Part shown: in pieces, positions 17,736 to 26,586 of the stretch
How positions within the stretch are numbered: the first letter of the stretch is position 1
Layout: every line of letters starts with the position of its first letter
Source: Nonlabens ponticola
Lineage (GTDB): Bacteria; Bacteroidota; Bacteroidia; Flavobacteriales; Flavobacteriaceae
DNA: 32,000 nucleotides
NCBI RefSeq assembly: GCF_003966335.1
Contig: NZ_CP034549.1
Coordinates: forward strand, 1,230,001-1,262,000
Direction of reading: 5' to 3'
The notes under the pieces: generated by a model
What the model saw: only the letters and a program-made list of their open reading frames with translations
What the model was told of the DNA's origin: nothing
Databases searched by the model: none
Position numbers and translations under genes: made by a program

Positions 17736-19436
17736 CTAGTCGTTCATCGTTGCAAGAAACTCCTCATTGTTACGAGTTTGTTTGATGCGCTGCGACATAA
17801 ACTCCATGGCTTCCACAGGATTCATATCTGCCAGGTATTTTCTCATAATCCACATGCGCTGTACGGTGTCTTTTTCAAGTAATAGATCATCACGACGCGT
17901 GCTTGACGATGTAAGATCGATGGCTGGGAAAATACGTCTGTTAGAGATATTTCGATCCAGTTGCAGTTCCATGTTACCAGTACCTTTAAATTCTTCAAAG
18001 ATGACCTCGTCCATCTTAGACCCAGTCTCCGTTAGAGCAGTGGCAATGATAGATAGTGATCCACCACCTTCAATATTACGGGCAGCACCAAAGAATCGTT
18101 TAGGCTTGTGCAGTGCATTTGCGTCCACACCACCAGAAAGTACTTTACCACTAGCTGGCTGTACCGTGTTGTAGGCACGAGCAAGACGCGTGATGGAGTC
18201 AAGTAGTATGACTACATCATGACCACATTCTACCATGCGTTTTGCTTTTTCCAGAACGATGTTTGCGACGCGCACGTGATCGTGAGCCTCTTTGTCAAAT
18301 GTGGATGCGATAACTTCACCATCAACATGACGTTGCATATCCGTTACTTCTTCAGGTCTTTCATCGATGAGTAATATCAATTGATAAACTTCTGGATGAT
18401 TTGCTGCGATGGCGTTTGCAATATCCTTAAGCAACATCGTTTTACCTGTCTTAGGTTGTGCGACGATCATACCGCGCTGTCCTTTTCCTATAGGTGCAAA
18501 CAGATCCATAACACGCGTGGATACCGAAGCTCGACGGTCAGCTAGATTGAATTTCTCGTCAGGGAACAATGGTGTCAAGTGTTCAAAAGAGACACGGTCG
18601 CGTACCACCTTAGGATCCAGGCCATTGATCTGAGAGATCTTGATGAGTGGGAAATACTTTTCACCTTCTTTAGGTGGACGTACCATTCCTAAAACGGTAT
18701 CACCGGTCTTTAAACCAAACAATCTTACCTGTGATTGAGAAACATAAATATCATCTGGCGATGCTAGGTAATTGTAATCACTACTGCGCAGGAAACCATA
18801 TCCATCAGGCATCATGTCAAGGACACCTTCACTCTCTATAATACCGTCAAATTCAAAGTCTGGATCACGGTAACGATTACGGTTATCCTTATTTCCTTTA
18901 GGGACGTTATTCTGGTTGTTGTTATTGTTGCGAGGATTCTTCTGGCGATTATCATTGCGATTTGAATTATCGTTGCGAGAATTCTTGTCGTTGCGATTGT
19001 TGCGCTGGTCGTTTTTACCTTTTGAGTCGGTATTGTCGCTTTTATCGTTGCTGTCACTATGCTTAGAACGCTGCGGCTTATTTTCTTTAGCGTCCTTTGG
19101 TTTAGCTTCTCTAGGTTTGCGTGGCTGTTTTGGCTTCGCAGTGTCTTTTGAGTCAGCGTTATCTGACTTCTTTTCTTTTGCAGGAACCTCTTTGCGCTCT
19201 CTAGGCTTGCGTTCCTGCTTTGCTGGTTTGTTGTCGTTAGAGTCGTTGCTTTGGGCAGTGGAATCTGTATCGGTGTCTAGTTGCTTGACGACATCAGGAT
19301 TTGATGCCTGCAAATCTAGAATTTTATAGACTAGATCTAGTTTGCGCATGGCGCGATACTTGGGTACGTTAAGGTCTTTGGCGATTTCCTGTAATTCAGG
19401 AAGTTTCTTTGATTTTAAATCAGCTATTTGAAACAT
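17736..19436 (-). CDS. rho: Transcription termination factor Rho with a ~145-aa low-complexity N-terminal insertion
   Basis: Rho_N helix bundle ([13 protein letters not shown]), CSD-like RNA-binding domain ([15 protein letters not shown]), Walker A AQPKTGKT, RecA-type ATPase core. 566 aa, versus ~420 aa for a minimal Rho. Confidence 0.97.
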   Translation of the reverse strand: MFQIADLKSKKLPELQEIAKDLNVPKYRAMRKLDLVYKILDLQASNPDVVKQLDTDTDSTAQSNDSNDNKPAKQERKPRERKEVPAKEKKSDNADSKDTAKPKQPRKPREAKPKDAKENKPQRSKHSDSNDKSDNTDSKGKNDQRNNRNDKNSRNDNSNRNDNRQKNPRNNNNNQNNVPKGNKDNRNRYRDPDFEFDGIIESEGVLDMMPDGYGFLRSSDYNYLASPDDIYVSQSQVRLFGLKTGDTVLGMVRPPKEGEKYFPLIKISQINGLDPKVVRDRVSFEHLTPLFPDEKFNLADRRASVSTRVMDLFAPIGKGQRGMIVAQPKTGKTMLLKDIANAIAANHPEVYQLILLIDERPEEVTDMQRHVDGEVIASTFDKEAHDHVRVANIVLEKAKRMVECGHDVVILLDSITRLARAYNTVQPASGKVLSGGVDANALHKPKRFFGAARNIEGGGSLSIIATALTETGSKMDEVIFEEFKGTGNMELQLDRNISNRRIFPAIDLTSSSTRRDDLLLEKDTVQRMWIMRKYLADMNPVEAMEFMSQRIKQTRNNEEFLATMND

Positions 19437-19580
19437 GTAATTATAAAAAGTGAGTTATTTTGTAGGGGATTGAATGAAACCGGAACTATAATAGAACATT
19501 TTTCCAGCGGTACTTAACCGATAAAGAGGTGGTTAAGTAAATATTGCTGCAATGATAAGCTAAAAATGTTATATGCGCTC

Positions 19581-19609
19581 TTGTTTTTTGTGATAGAACC
19601 TTATTTTTG
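19581..19609 (+). promoter_or_regulatory. Candidate promoter for the DUF4293 gene (TTG-N18-TATTTTTG)
   Basis: TAnnTTTG match at 19602-19609, 31 nt upstream of the ATG; weak -33 TTG at 19581-19583. Confidence 0.3.
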
Positions 19610-19640
19610 CCCTGCTTTAGAAAAACTTTAGCTTTATCTC

Positions 19641-20051
19641 ATGATACAACGCATTCAAACGATCTGGTTAATACTTGCTGCAGCCTGTGCTGGTGGTTTG
19701 AGTTTTCTGGTGGATGTCATGCTGGATGGTGAGAGTAATGAGGCTGTACACATGGGCGACAGTGCATATTTTGGCGCATTTGTGACCAGCGCCGTACTGG
19801 CATTCATAGCTATTTTTCTATATCGCAATCGACAATTACAAACGGTGGTAAACCGTCTCAACATACTATTAAACCTCATTCTACTAGGAGTTTTTCTTTA
19901 TCGAGCTCTAACGATGTCTGGAGAGACGGCGGTCTCTGAGAAAGGCATTGGGATGTTCATTCCTATCCTATCTATCGTTTTACTGGTCCTTGCAAATAGG
20001 GCTATAAGAAAGGATGAACAGCTCGTAAAATCTGTGGATCGATTAAGATAA
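19641..20051 (+). CDS. DUF4293-like small polytopic membrane protein (136 aa)
   Basis: MIQRIQTIWLILAA... N-terminus and 4 predicted TM helices. From memory, this family is commonly divergent from rho in Flavobacteriia. Confidence 0.7.
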   Translation: MIQRIQTIWLILAAACAGGLSFLVDVMLDGESNEAVHMGDSAYFGAFVTSAVLAFIAIFLYRNRQLQTVVNRLNILLNLILLGVFLYRALTMSGETAVSEKGIGMFIPILSIVLLVLANRAIRKDEQLVKSVDRLR

Positions 20052-20080
20052 ACACGAGAATCTTAGTACTATTAGTGTGA

Positions 20081-20113
20081 AAACCTGTAGGGCGCCACCC
20101 TGCAGGTTTTTTT
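20081..20113 (+). terminator. Intrinsic terminator after the DUF4293 gene
   Basis: AAACCTGTAGGG-CGCCA-CCCTGCAGGTTT (one G-U pair) followed by T7. Confidence 0.85.
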
Positions 20114-20121
20114 ATGCGATG

Positions 20122-20158
20122 TGGTTTGTGATGATTACGCTTTCGCGAAAGCGGAATT
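20122..20158. repeat. REP-like element copy e: GTGGTTTGTG box plus TTACGCTTTCGCGAAAGCGGAA (20135-20156)
   Basis: Identical to copy a across ATGATTACGCTTTCGCGAAAGCGGAATT. Confidence 0.8.
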
Positions 20159-20223
20159 CTTCAAAATCACTTTGCATCCATCTAAAGTCAAGATCAACAA
20201 ATAGTTTTTCCTACTTTTAATGT

Positions 20224-20976
20224 ATGATACATGTGGTAATCGTGGACGATGAGTCCCATGCGCGTTCTTTTTTAACCAATCTGTTGGCTAAAGAACTAGG
20301 AGATCAGTTCTATCTGGTAGATAGCTGTGCATCTGTAAAAGATGCAGTTGCTACTATTAAAAATAACAAAGTAGATCTGGTTTTTCTGGACATACAGATG
20401 CCTGAAGAGGATGGTTTTGAACTCATGGGTTATTTTGACGAGATTGATTTTGAAATCATTTTTGTGACTGCCTATGACCAGTATGCCATCAAGGCTTTCA
20501 ATTGTAGTGCGCTGCATTATCTGCTCAAGCCACTCGATCCAGAAAAAGTAAAAGAAGCCGTCAACCGATTTAAAAAGACAAGCGAAAGCAAGAAAGCCAT
20601 CCTCAAAAAATTTGACGTGCTGGAAGAGTATTTGGAACGCCAGCAGGAAAAGAAACGTATCGTTTTCAATACATCCAGCGGTTTTGATGTGGTGGTCCTC
20701 AAAGAAATCATGCACATTGAAGCTGCCGGCAATTATTGTCAGATTCACCTTAAAGACCAACCTAAAAAACTTATCACAAGTTCTATGAAAGCGATCATGG
20801 AGTGTTTGCCCGATAGTCATTTTTGCCGTATTCATGACAAATACATCGTGAATCTCAATGAGGTAAGCTGTTTTATAAATGCAGATAAAGAGGTGCAGTT
20901 GCGCAACGGTACTGAGCTCAAAGTGTCTGAGCGCAAGCTTAAATTCTTCAAAAGCCAGATAGGTGAGATGGCTTAG
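20224..20976 (+). CDS. LytTR-family two-component response regulator
   Basis: REC domain (VVIVDDE...DLVFLDIQMP...KP) plus C-terminal LytTR DNA-binding domain. Confidence 0.92.
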   Translation: MIHVVIVDDESHARSFLTNLLAKELGDQFYLVDSCASVKDAVATIKNNKVDLVFLDIQMPEEDGFELMGYFDEIDFEIIFVTAYDQYAIKAFNCSALHYLLKPLDPEKVKEAVNRFKKTSESKKAILKKFDVLEEYLERQQEKKRIVFNTSSGFDVVVLKEIMHIEAAGNYCQIHLKDQPKKLITSSMKAIMECLPDSHFCRIHDKYIVNLNEVSCFINADKEVQLRNGTELKVSERKLKFFKSQIGEMA

Positions 20977-23962
20977 CTTGCTGTTGCTCTTGCTGGTTTG
21001 TAGTCTGACCAGCGCACAACAATTCCCATCCACGCATTATACAGATCGTGATATATTGCCCAACAATACGGTGCGCAACTTGTTCCAGGCGGCTGATGGC
21101 GCTCTGTGGATAGGCACCGATAATGGTCTGGTGCGTAAGTTCAACGATCGTGTCGATACCTATTTTAAAGAAGATGGTCTTGCCCAGAACAATGTATGGG
21201 CAATCGCACAAGATCCTTCAGGCCGTTTGTGGATAGGCAGTTACGGCAATGGACTGTCAGTATTTGAGGATGGCAAACTGCGCGTTTTTGCTGGAAATTC
21301 AAACTTGCCAGATCAAGAGGTCACAAGGCTTATGGTCCACGACCAATCCTTATATATAGGGACTAGTAATGGTATCGCGGTTGTAGATCTAGCAGATGTC
21401 GCTTCTGTAAAATCCATAAAGCCAAATCCCAAACTAGATGAACCTTTTATTGTCCAGGATTTTATGGTCATCAATGATGCGGTTTATGTGCTGAGTTACT
21501 CTAATGGTATCTATAAAATCGATACTTCTGAAGAGCAATTGCAGCTGGAACAGGTCTGGAATGAGAAGTACTTGTATTCTGCTCATGTCGCCAACGATAC
21601 TATTTACTTTAGCGGTAAAGAATATTTCAAGAAAGTAGCTGCAACTAAATTTAGTAATCTGGAATCTTTGAGAAGATTGAAACCTCAAGGACAATCTATT
21701 ATTTGGGATTATGAGCAAGCTGGCGATCAGCTATTTGCCGCCGCATGGGGAATTTATGCAAATGATGGTGGCATTTATGTACTTGAGAATGATGGTATGC
21801 GGCAGCGTAATGCAGACTTTGGCATTGCAAGCACTCAGGTTACAAGTTTAGCCTATGATCAGGATTTAAAATTGCTGTATGCTGGAACATTAGATGATGG
21901 GTTTTATGAAATAAGGCTGGATGAGAATGTGCTTTTCTTTCCCAACGACCACGAGCAAGTTATCGATTTTGCAAGTGTAGATGACATCACGGCAGCATTG
22001 TATAATGACGGCTTACAGATAGGCAGTACTGAAATCCCAGCAGAGCTATTCAAACAAAAGCAGGTTGAATATGTGGCACAACATCCTAACGACCTACCGC
22101 GCTATGAGGACTATTTCTATGAATTGGATTATGAAACCAGAGCAGAGGACATAGTATTTTACAGTGTCAAGAGCCAAAAAGACAGCTTCTGGGTAAACGC
22201 GTCTATAGGCAACTATCAGTTTGATAAAAGTGGCAAGTTGATCAACTACATGCCAGTTCATGCACTAGAAATAGGTTTTACCGCGAGTGGCCAGTTGTTG
22301 GAACCCAACTTTTTTCATGGCACGAGAATCTATGATTCCGTCGCGCCGATGAACTACAAATACTTTGATGAAACGGCAACAGAGCAGAATCCGCGATTTG
22401 TGGTTGGAGTCATGCGAAAAGGAGAAAAAACATACTTAACTTCCATCTTTGACGGACTCTACGTTTATATGAATGGAAAGTTCAATTCTTATGAGGCAAA
22501 CGACATCTGGCAAGAAAAGCGATTGAGATTTGTAACAGATTTTGGCGCTGACCAGATTGCTGTGTCTAATGAAGATGGCGATGTCTTTATCCTTAACGAT
22601 GATCCAGAGAATTTTACCGCCACAAAAATCAACCGAAATAACGCTCACGGCAGTACGATCACATTCCTAACCTCGTATAAGAATACTCTGATCATAGGAA
22701 CGCCGAAAGGTGTAGTATTACATCACGACGGTCGAGAAATTTTTCTCGATGGCGAGCAAGGCTTGAATGGAAAGATTCATAATGGATTTGTCAAGGGTGA
22801 TACTTTACTGTTGGGTAGCGATAATGGCAGTTATCAATTAAAACTGGCAGACATACTTAACCAAGAAAATAGAATTGACCGCATTGCCGTAAAATCCATT
22901 CGTGTCAATGGAAATACCAGGTCTTGGAATCCAGATCAAACGCTACAACTATCCTCAAACGAGAACGCGCTGGAGATACAACTGGGTGTTGAAAAACATC
23001 CATACCCTAACAAATTAACTTACCACTATAGCTTTAATAGAGCAAGCGGCTGGATCCCTATGGAAGACGCAACCTTGAGTCTGCCATCCATGGATTCTGG
23101 AAAGTATAGGCTGTTTGTGCAGGTGCTGGATTCGTCAACGGGAATGACGGTAAATCAAGAGGTTCTGGCTTTCCGAATTGCGACACCTTTCTACAAGAGT
23201 ATTTGGTTTATTGCCCTTTGTTTCTTGTTGGTTATGGGTTTGATGTTGGTATATTTTCGCTTGAAGCGAAAACGTGCAAAGCAAAAAGCAGCACAACAGG
23301 AAGCTGCTACAAAACGTATCGAGGAAGTTAAGATGGAAGCCTTGTTGTCGCAGATGAATCCGCATTTTGTGTTCAACTCGCTTAATTCTGTGCAGTATTT
23401 TATCAGCAATGACGAGAATGAAAAAGCGATGCGGTATTTAAGTATTTTTTCAGACCTCATGCGAGCTAATTTGAACAACACGACAAAGCCATTCTTGAGG
23501 TTGGAAGAAGAAATTGACTACCTAAAAAAATATATCGCACTAGAAAATGCACGATTCTCAGATCGAGTACGTGTAACATTTGTAGTCGATCCTAAGCTGT
23601 CCGTAACAGATACAATGATTCCCACGATGCTGCTACAGCCATTTGTAGAGAATGCTTTTGTCCACGCATTTCCAGACCGTATCCAGTCGCCACGATTGGA
23701 TATTTCTTTTGAAACGGTAAATCATGAAGACACAGATTTTCAGACAATCGCTAATCCTAAAGCTGATGCAAATTATTACCGCTGCATCATAAAAGATAAC
23801 GGCATAGGTAGCGCCAGCCTCACCAAAAACAAACGCCATACCTCAAAAGGCACACAACTGGTCGAGGAACGCTTATCGTTTTTAGGTTACGATCAACAGA
23901 CTGCACTTCGCGTCAATTATACTGCTACAGGAACTACTGTCATTCTTATTCTAGAGCGCTAA
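20963..23962 (+). CDS. Sensor histidine kinase: ~740-aa extracytoplasmic beta-propeller-repeat/Y_Y_Y-type sensor, one TM, LytS/YehU-type kinase core
   Basis: GTG start overlaps the regulator gene by 14 nt. Signal-like N-terminus. Repeated GLxxNxVxxIxQDxxGxLWIGT propeller motifs. TM helix IWFIALCFLLVMGLMLVYF. His_kinase motif LSQMNPHFVFNSLNSV. GHKL ATPase end. Confidence 0.9.
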   Translation: MRWLSLLLLLLVCSLTSAQQFPSTHYTDRDILPNNTVRNLFQAADGALWIGTDNGLVRKFNDRVDTYFKEDGLAQNNVWAIAQDPSGRLWIGSYGNGLSVFEDGKLRVFAGNSNLPDQEVTRLMVHDQSLYIGTSNGIAVVDLADVASVKSIKPNPKLDEPFIVQDFMVINDAVYVLSYSNGIYKIDTSEEQLQLEQVWNEKYLYSAHVANDTIYFSGKEYFKKVAATKFSNLESLRRLKPQGQSIIWDYEQAGDQLFAAAWGIYANDGGIYVLENDGMRQRNADFGIASTQVTSLAYDQDLKLLYAGTLDDGFYEIRLDENVLFFPNDHEQVIDFASVDDITAALYNDGLQIGSTEIPAELFKQKQVEYVAQHPNDLPRYEDYFYELDYETRAEDIVFYSVKSQKDSFWVNASIGNYQFDKSGKLINYMPVHALEIGFTASGQLLEPNFFHGTRIYDSVAPMNYKYFDETATEQNPRFVVGVMRKGEKTYLTSIFDGLYVYMNGKFNSYEANDIWQEKRLRFVTDFGADQIAVSNEDGDVFILNDDPENFTATKINRNNAHGSTITFLTSYKNTLIIGTPKGVVLHHDGREIFLDGEQGLNGKIHNGFVKGDTLLLGSDNGSYQLKLADILNQENRIDRIAVKSIRVNGNTRSWNPDQTLQLSSNENALEIQLGVEKHPYPNKLTYHYSFNRASGWIPMEDATLSLPSMDSGKYRLFVQVLDSSTGMTVNQEVLAFRIATPFYKSIWFIALCFLLVMGLMLVYFRLKRKRAKQKAAQQEAATKRIEEVKMEALLSQMNPHFVFNSLNSVQYFISNDENEKAMRYLSIFSDLMRANLNNTTKPFLRLEEEIDYLKKYIALENARFSDRVRVTFVVDPKLSVTDTMIPTMLLQPFVENAFVHAFPDRIQSPRLDISFETVNHEDTDFQTIANPKADANYYRCIIKDNGIGSASLTKNKRHTSKGTQLVEERLSFLGYDQQTALRVNYTATGTTVILILER

Positions 23963-24055
23963 CACTTATCCTGGATTTTAGGGCGGTTATGGATTTGATC
24001 GATTTTTTTTGAGGGATTGGGTTAGGTTTATAATCCAATCAATAAAAATTTAATT

Positions 24056-24376
24056 ATGAATAAACACATGTTAATGTCCCAAATGAAGTCCACTGGGACT
24101 GCTTATCTATGTTTCTTTTTTGGAGCTTTTCATTACGCTTATTTGGGTAAATGGGGACTTCAATTTCTTTTTTGGTTCACCCTTGGTGGAGTTGGAATTT
24201 GGTGGCTAATAGACTTGTTTACTATATCATCCAAGGTTGATGCTCACAATTATATCATCAGTCAACAGATTGAACAAATTGAAAAAGGGGAAAAAGAAGA
24301 CGCCCACATGCGTAATATGCAAATGATGGCAATGGCAACAGGTGGAAACCGCAACGTCAATCAAGGAACCGCATAA
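24056..24376 (+). CDS. TM2 domain-containing small membrane protein
   Basis: 106 aa with two TM helices in the TM2 pattern (GAFHYAYLGKWGLQFLFWFTLGGVGIWWLIDLF) and a charged C-terminal tail. Confidence 0.8.
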   Translation: MNKHMLMSQMKSTGTAYLCFFFGAFHYAYLGKWGLQFLFWFTLGGVGIWWLIDLFTISSKVDAHNYIISQQIEQIEKGEKEDAHMRNMQMMAMATGGNRNVNQGTA

Positions 24377-24448
24377 TTTATTACAAATGACACCCATCAA
24401 ACCCAAGAAAATTTGGGGGAATAATCTTGCAAGTTTGATGGCAATAAG

Positions 24449-24474
24449 CTGGAAGTAATACTTCCAGTTTTTTT
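24449..24474 (+). terminator. Intrinsic terminator after the TM2 gene
   Basis: CTGGAAGT-AAT-ACTTCCAG followed by T7. Confidence 0.8.
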
Positions 24475-24497
24475 ATACGCCAAACTTTACAAATGAA

Positions 24498-24986
24498 CTA
24501 CCTATCCTTCTCAACAACCTCCAACCCAGAAATCTTTCCATCAGCGATCTCAAACCTGAGCATCGTGCGCTTTTTGTGAAAGCCATGCATGCCTACCGCG
24601 CCTGGATTCATGTGTAGACAATTGATTTTTTTATCATTAATTACTTTAAGGATATGACTGTGTCCGCAAATAAAAATATCTGGCGGATTTGAATAAATCT
24701 CTGATCTGACGCGCTGATTATATCGTCCAGGATAACCACCTATATGAGTTATCCAGATATCCATTCCTTCACAATTAAACCTATTATTTAATGGAAACTG
24801 AATACGCGCCTGATCATCATCAATATTCCCGTACACGGCACGCAAGGACTTAAGTGCTGCGATCTTGTCCGTTACTTCCAGATTCCCAATATCGCCAGCA
24901 TGCCACACTTCATCTGCTTGCAGGATATACTTTTCCATGAAATCATCATAATGACTATGCGTGTCTGAAAGGAGTAGGATTTTCAT
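24498..24986 (-). CDS. Metallophosphoesterase, YfcE/MJ0936 family
   Basis: 162 aa with motifs LSDTH, GDIG, GNID(D), GHSH. Confidence 0.88.
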   Translation of the reverse strand: MKILLLSDTHSHYDDFMEKYILQADEVWHAGDIGNLEVTDKIAALKSLRAVYGNIDDDQARIQFPLNNRFNCEGMDIWITHIGGYPGRYNQRVRSEIYSNPPDIFICGHSHILKVINDKKINCLHMNPGAVGMHGFHKKRTMLRFEIADGKISGLEVVEKDR

Positions 24987-25281
24987 AGCTCAAAGATACC
25001 ATTGCCGATTGCCTATTTTTGATTTGCCGTCGCAAATCTCAATTGCTTATTACTTTCATCTGCAAGGCTCTCAATTCTTAGTCATAGCTTTATGCTCATT
25101 TTCAAATTCTTGAATTTTCAATTCAGAAAACAGTTGCTTTTCCAATCATATAAGTCAGTCATTAACTTGTTTCCTCCAACGGAGGAAATGCCGACAGGCA
25201 AAGGAGGCCCACGCAAGAGTAAACAGAACGAAAGTTTCATTTTCTATCCATCCTAATCTTCACATAAAATATCAGGCACGA

Positions 25282-25323
25282 GTTCAAATTCAAATTCAAG
25301 TTGAAGTTCAAGTTCAAGTTCAA
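25282..25323. repeat. Hexanucleotide tandem repeat (R-TT-C/G-AA) x7, with degenerate continuation to ~25340
   Basis: GTTCAA ATTCAA ATTCAA GTTGAA GTTCAA GTTCAA GTTCAA, read directly. Ends 54 nt upstream of the truA ATG. Confidence 0.9.
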
Positions 25324-25376
25324 GATCCATTCAAAATTCATCAACACTATTCTTGTATCATTTACCTTTGTAGTGC

Positions 25377-26135
25377 ATGAAAAAGCAGCGGTATTTTATA
25401 GAGTTTGCCTATGATGGTACTGCTTACCATGGTTGGCAAAAACAACCTGAAGCTATCACCGTACAGCAGGTTCTAGAAGAAGGTCTGTCCAAAATATTGA
25501 GAACACCCATCATAGTGATGGGCGCTGGTCGTACCGATGCAGGCGTACATGCCACACAAATGTTTGCCCATTTTGATGCAGATATTGACATGGATCTTGA
25601 GCAGCTGGTTTATAGATTAAACCGCTGGCTGCCGAAGGATATCGCAATATTTGAAATCAAGCCTGTCACCGAAAAAGCACACGCACGATTTCACGCTACC
25701 CATCGTTCCTATGAATATAGGTTCAATTTGCGACCAGATCCATTTAAAAATAGAACGACCTATATACTGTATCGATTACCAGATGTTGATCGCATGCAGC
25801 AGGCAGCAGAAATATTATTGGACTATAAAGACTTTGAATGTTTCTCGAGATCAAATACAGATGTCAAAACATTCATTTGTGATGTCAATGAGGCAAGATT
25901 TGAACAACAAGGCTATGAACTTGTTTTTCATATTACAGCCAACAGATTTTTACGCAACATGGTACGCGCGATAGTAGGTACGTTATTGGAAATAGGTTAT
26001 GGTAAGCGTGAGGTAAATGATATGCACGACATTATTAATTCAAAGGATAGAAATAAGGCAGGTGCTAGCGCACCAGCTCAAGGTCTATATCTGACTCAGG
26101 TGTTATATCCAGAAAACATTTGGGCTCATGAATAA
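25377..26135 (+). CDS. truA: tRNA pseudouridine(38-40) synthase
   Basis: 252 aa: YDGTAYHGWQKQ, catalytic GAGRTDAGVHA, FLRNMVR. Confidence 0.95.
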   Translation: MKKQRYFIEFAYDGTAYHGWQKQPEAITVQQVLEEGLSKILRTPIIVMGAGRTDAGVHATQMFAHFDADIDMDLEQLVYRLNRWLPKDIAIFEIKPVTEKAHARFHATHRSYEYRFNLRPDPFKNRTTYILYRLPDVDRMQQAAEILLDYKDFECFSRSNTDVKTFICDVNEARFEQQGYELVFHITANRFLRNMVRAIVGTLLEIGYGKREVNDMHDIINSKDRNKAGASAPAQGLYLTQVLYPENIWAHE

Positions 26136-26583
26136 AGTGCTATTTCATGAAGAACAGCAGTTTAGGCAATGGTGGCTGTGGTTAATAATTATAGTTGTAC
26201 TGATTGTACCTACCGTTTTTGCAATTTTCTTTACCGAGACAATGACGACCGATTGGAAGATTATCGTTGGCATTTTTAATGCTCTGTTGGTTTGGTTTCT
26301 GTGGTATTTGAAGTTGGAAACGACGATAACTAGCGAACATATCGATATTAAATACAGATTACTCACGCATAAAATGATACCTTGGGATACGGTAGATAAG
26401 GCCCAGGTTCTGGATTACGGGTTTGTAGGTGGTTGGGGTTTAAGATTATGGACTATTTATGGTACCGTCTATAATGTCAGCGGCAGCAAAGGTCTCAATG
26501 TCAAGGTAGGATCAAAGCAATACACCATAGGCACTCAAAAAGAAGAAGAATTGCGATCCAGCATCGCACATTTATTAAAATAA
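26128..26583 (+). CDS. Hypothetical membrane protein (2 TM plus a small beta-rich C-terminal domain)
   Basis: Overlaps the truA stop by 8 nt and ends 3 nt before the ABC gene, so it is probably co-transcribed. No confident family assignment. Confidence 0.6.
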   Translation: MNKVLFHEEQQFRQWWLWLIIIVVLIVPTVFAIFFTETMTTDWKIIVGIFNALLVWFLWYLKLETTITSEHIDIKYRLLTHKMIPWDTVDKAQVLDYGFVGGWGLRLWTIYGTVYNVSGSKGLNVKVGSKQYTIGTQKEEELRSSIAHLLK

Positions 26584-26586
26584 AAT

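Noticed and set aside
18836-19329. ORFs on both strands inside the rho low-complexity region (18916-19329 +, 18836-19057 -).
   Set aside because: They are shadow ORFs generated by the biased A/G-rich composition of the Rho insertion. The Rho frame is continuous with conserved flanking domains.
20296-21033. A 245-aa ORF fully antisense to the LytTR response-regulator gene.
   Set aside because: Its codons are in register with the sense gene, the frame in which antisense stops correspond to sense TTA/CTA/TCA codons. The sense gene simply avoids those codons. The translation has no domain-like features, while the sense frame has unambiguous REC and LytTR homology. It is a shadow ORF.
24394-24441. 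A 9-bp inverted repeat (CCATCAAAC...GTTTGATGG) with a 30-nt loop containing a CCCAA/TTGGG mini-hairpin, 3' of the TM2 gene.
   Set aside because: It lies just upstream of a clear terminator and could simply be 3' UTR structure. I recognise no known RNA family in it.
25188-25256. A 22-codon sORF (MPTGKGGPRKSKQNESFIFYPS) starting right after the GGAGGAAA hairpin arm.
   Set aside because: The GGAGG is only 2 nt from the ATG and is sequestered in the hairpin. Bacteroidota rarely use SD sequences, and there is no evidence of conservation. It is most likely fortuitous.
25282-25340. I considered whether the tandem repeat was a CRISPR array or a coding repeat.
   Set aside because: The units are 6 bp with no spacers and no cas genes. 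The only open frame through it (VQIQIQVEVQVQVQ...) lacks a start codon and runs into the truA ATG out of frame.
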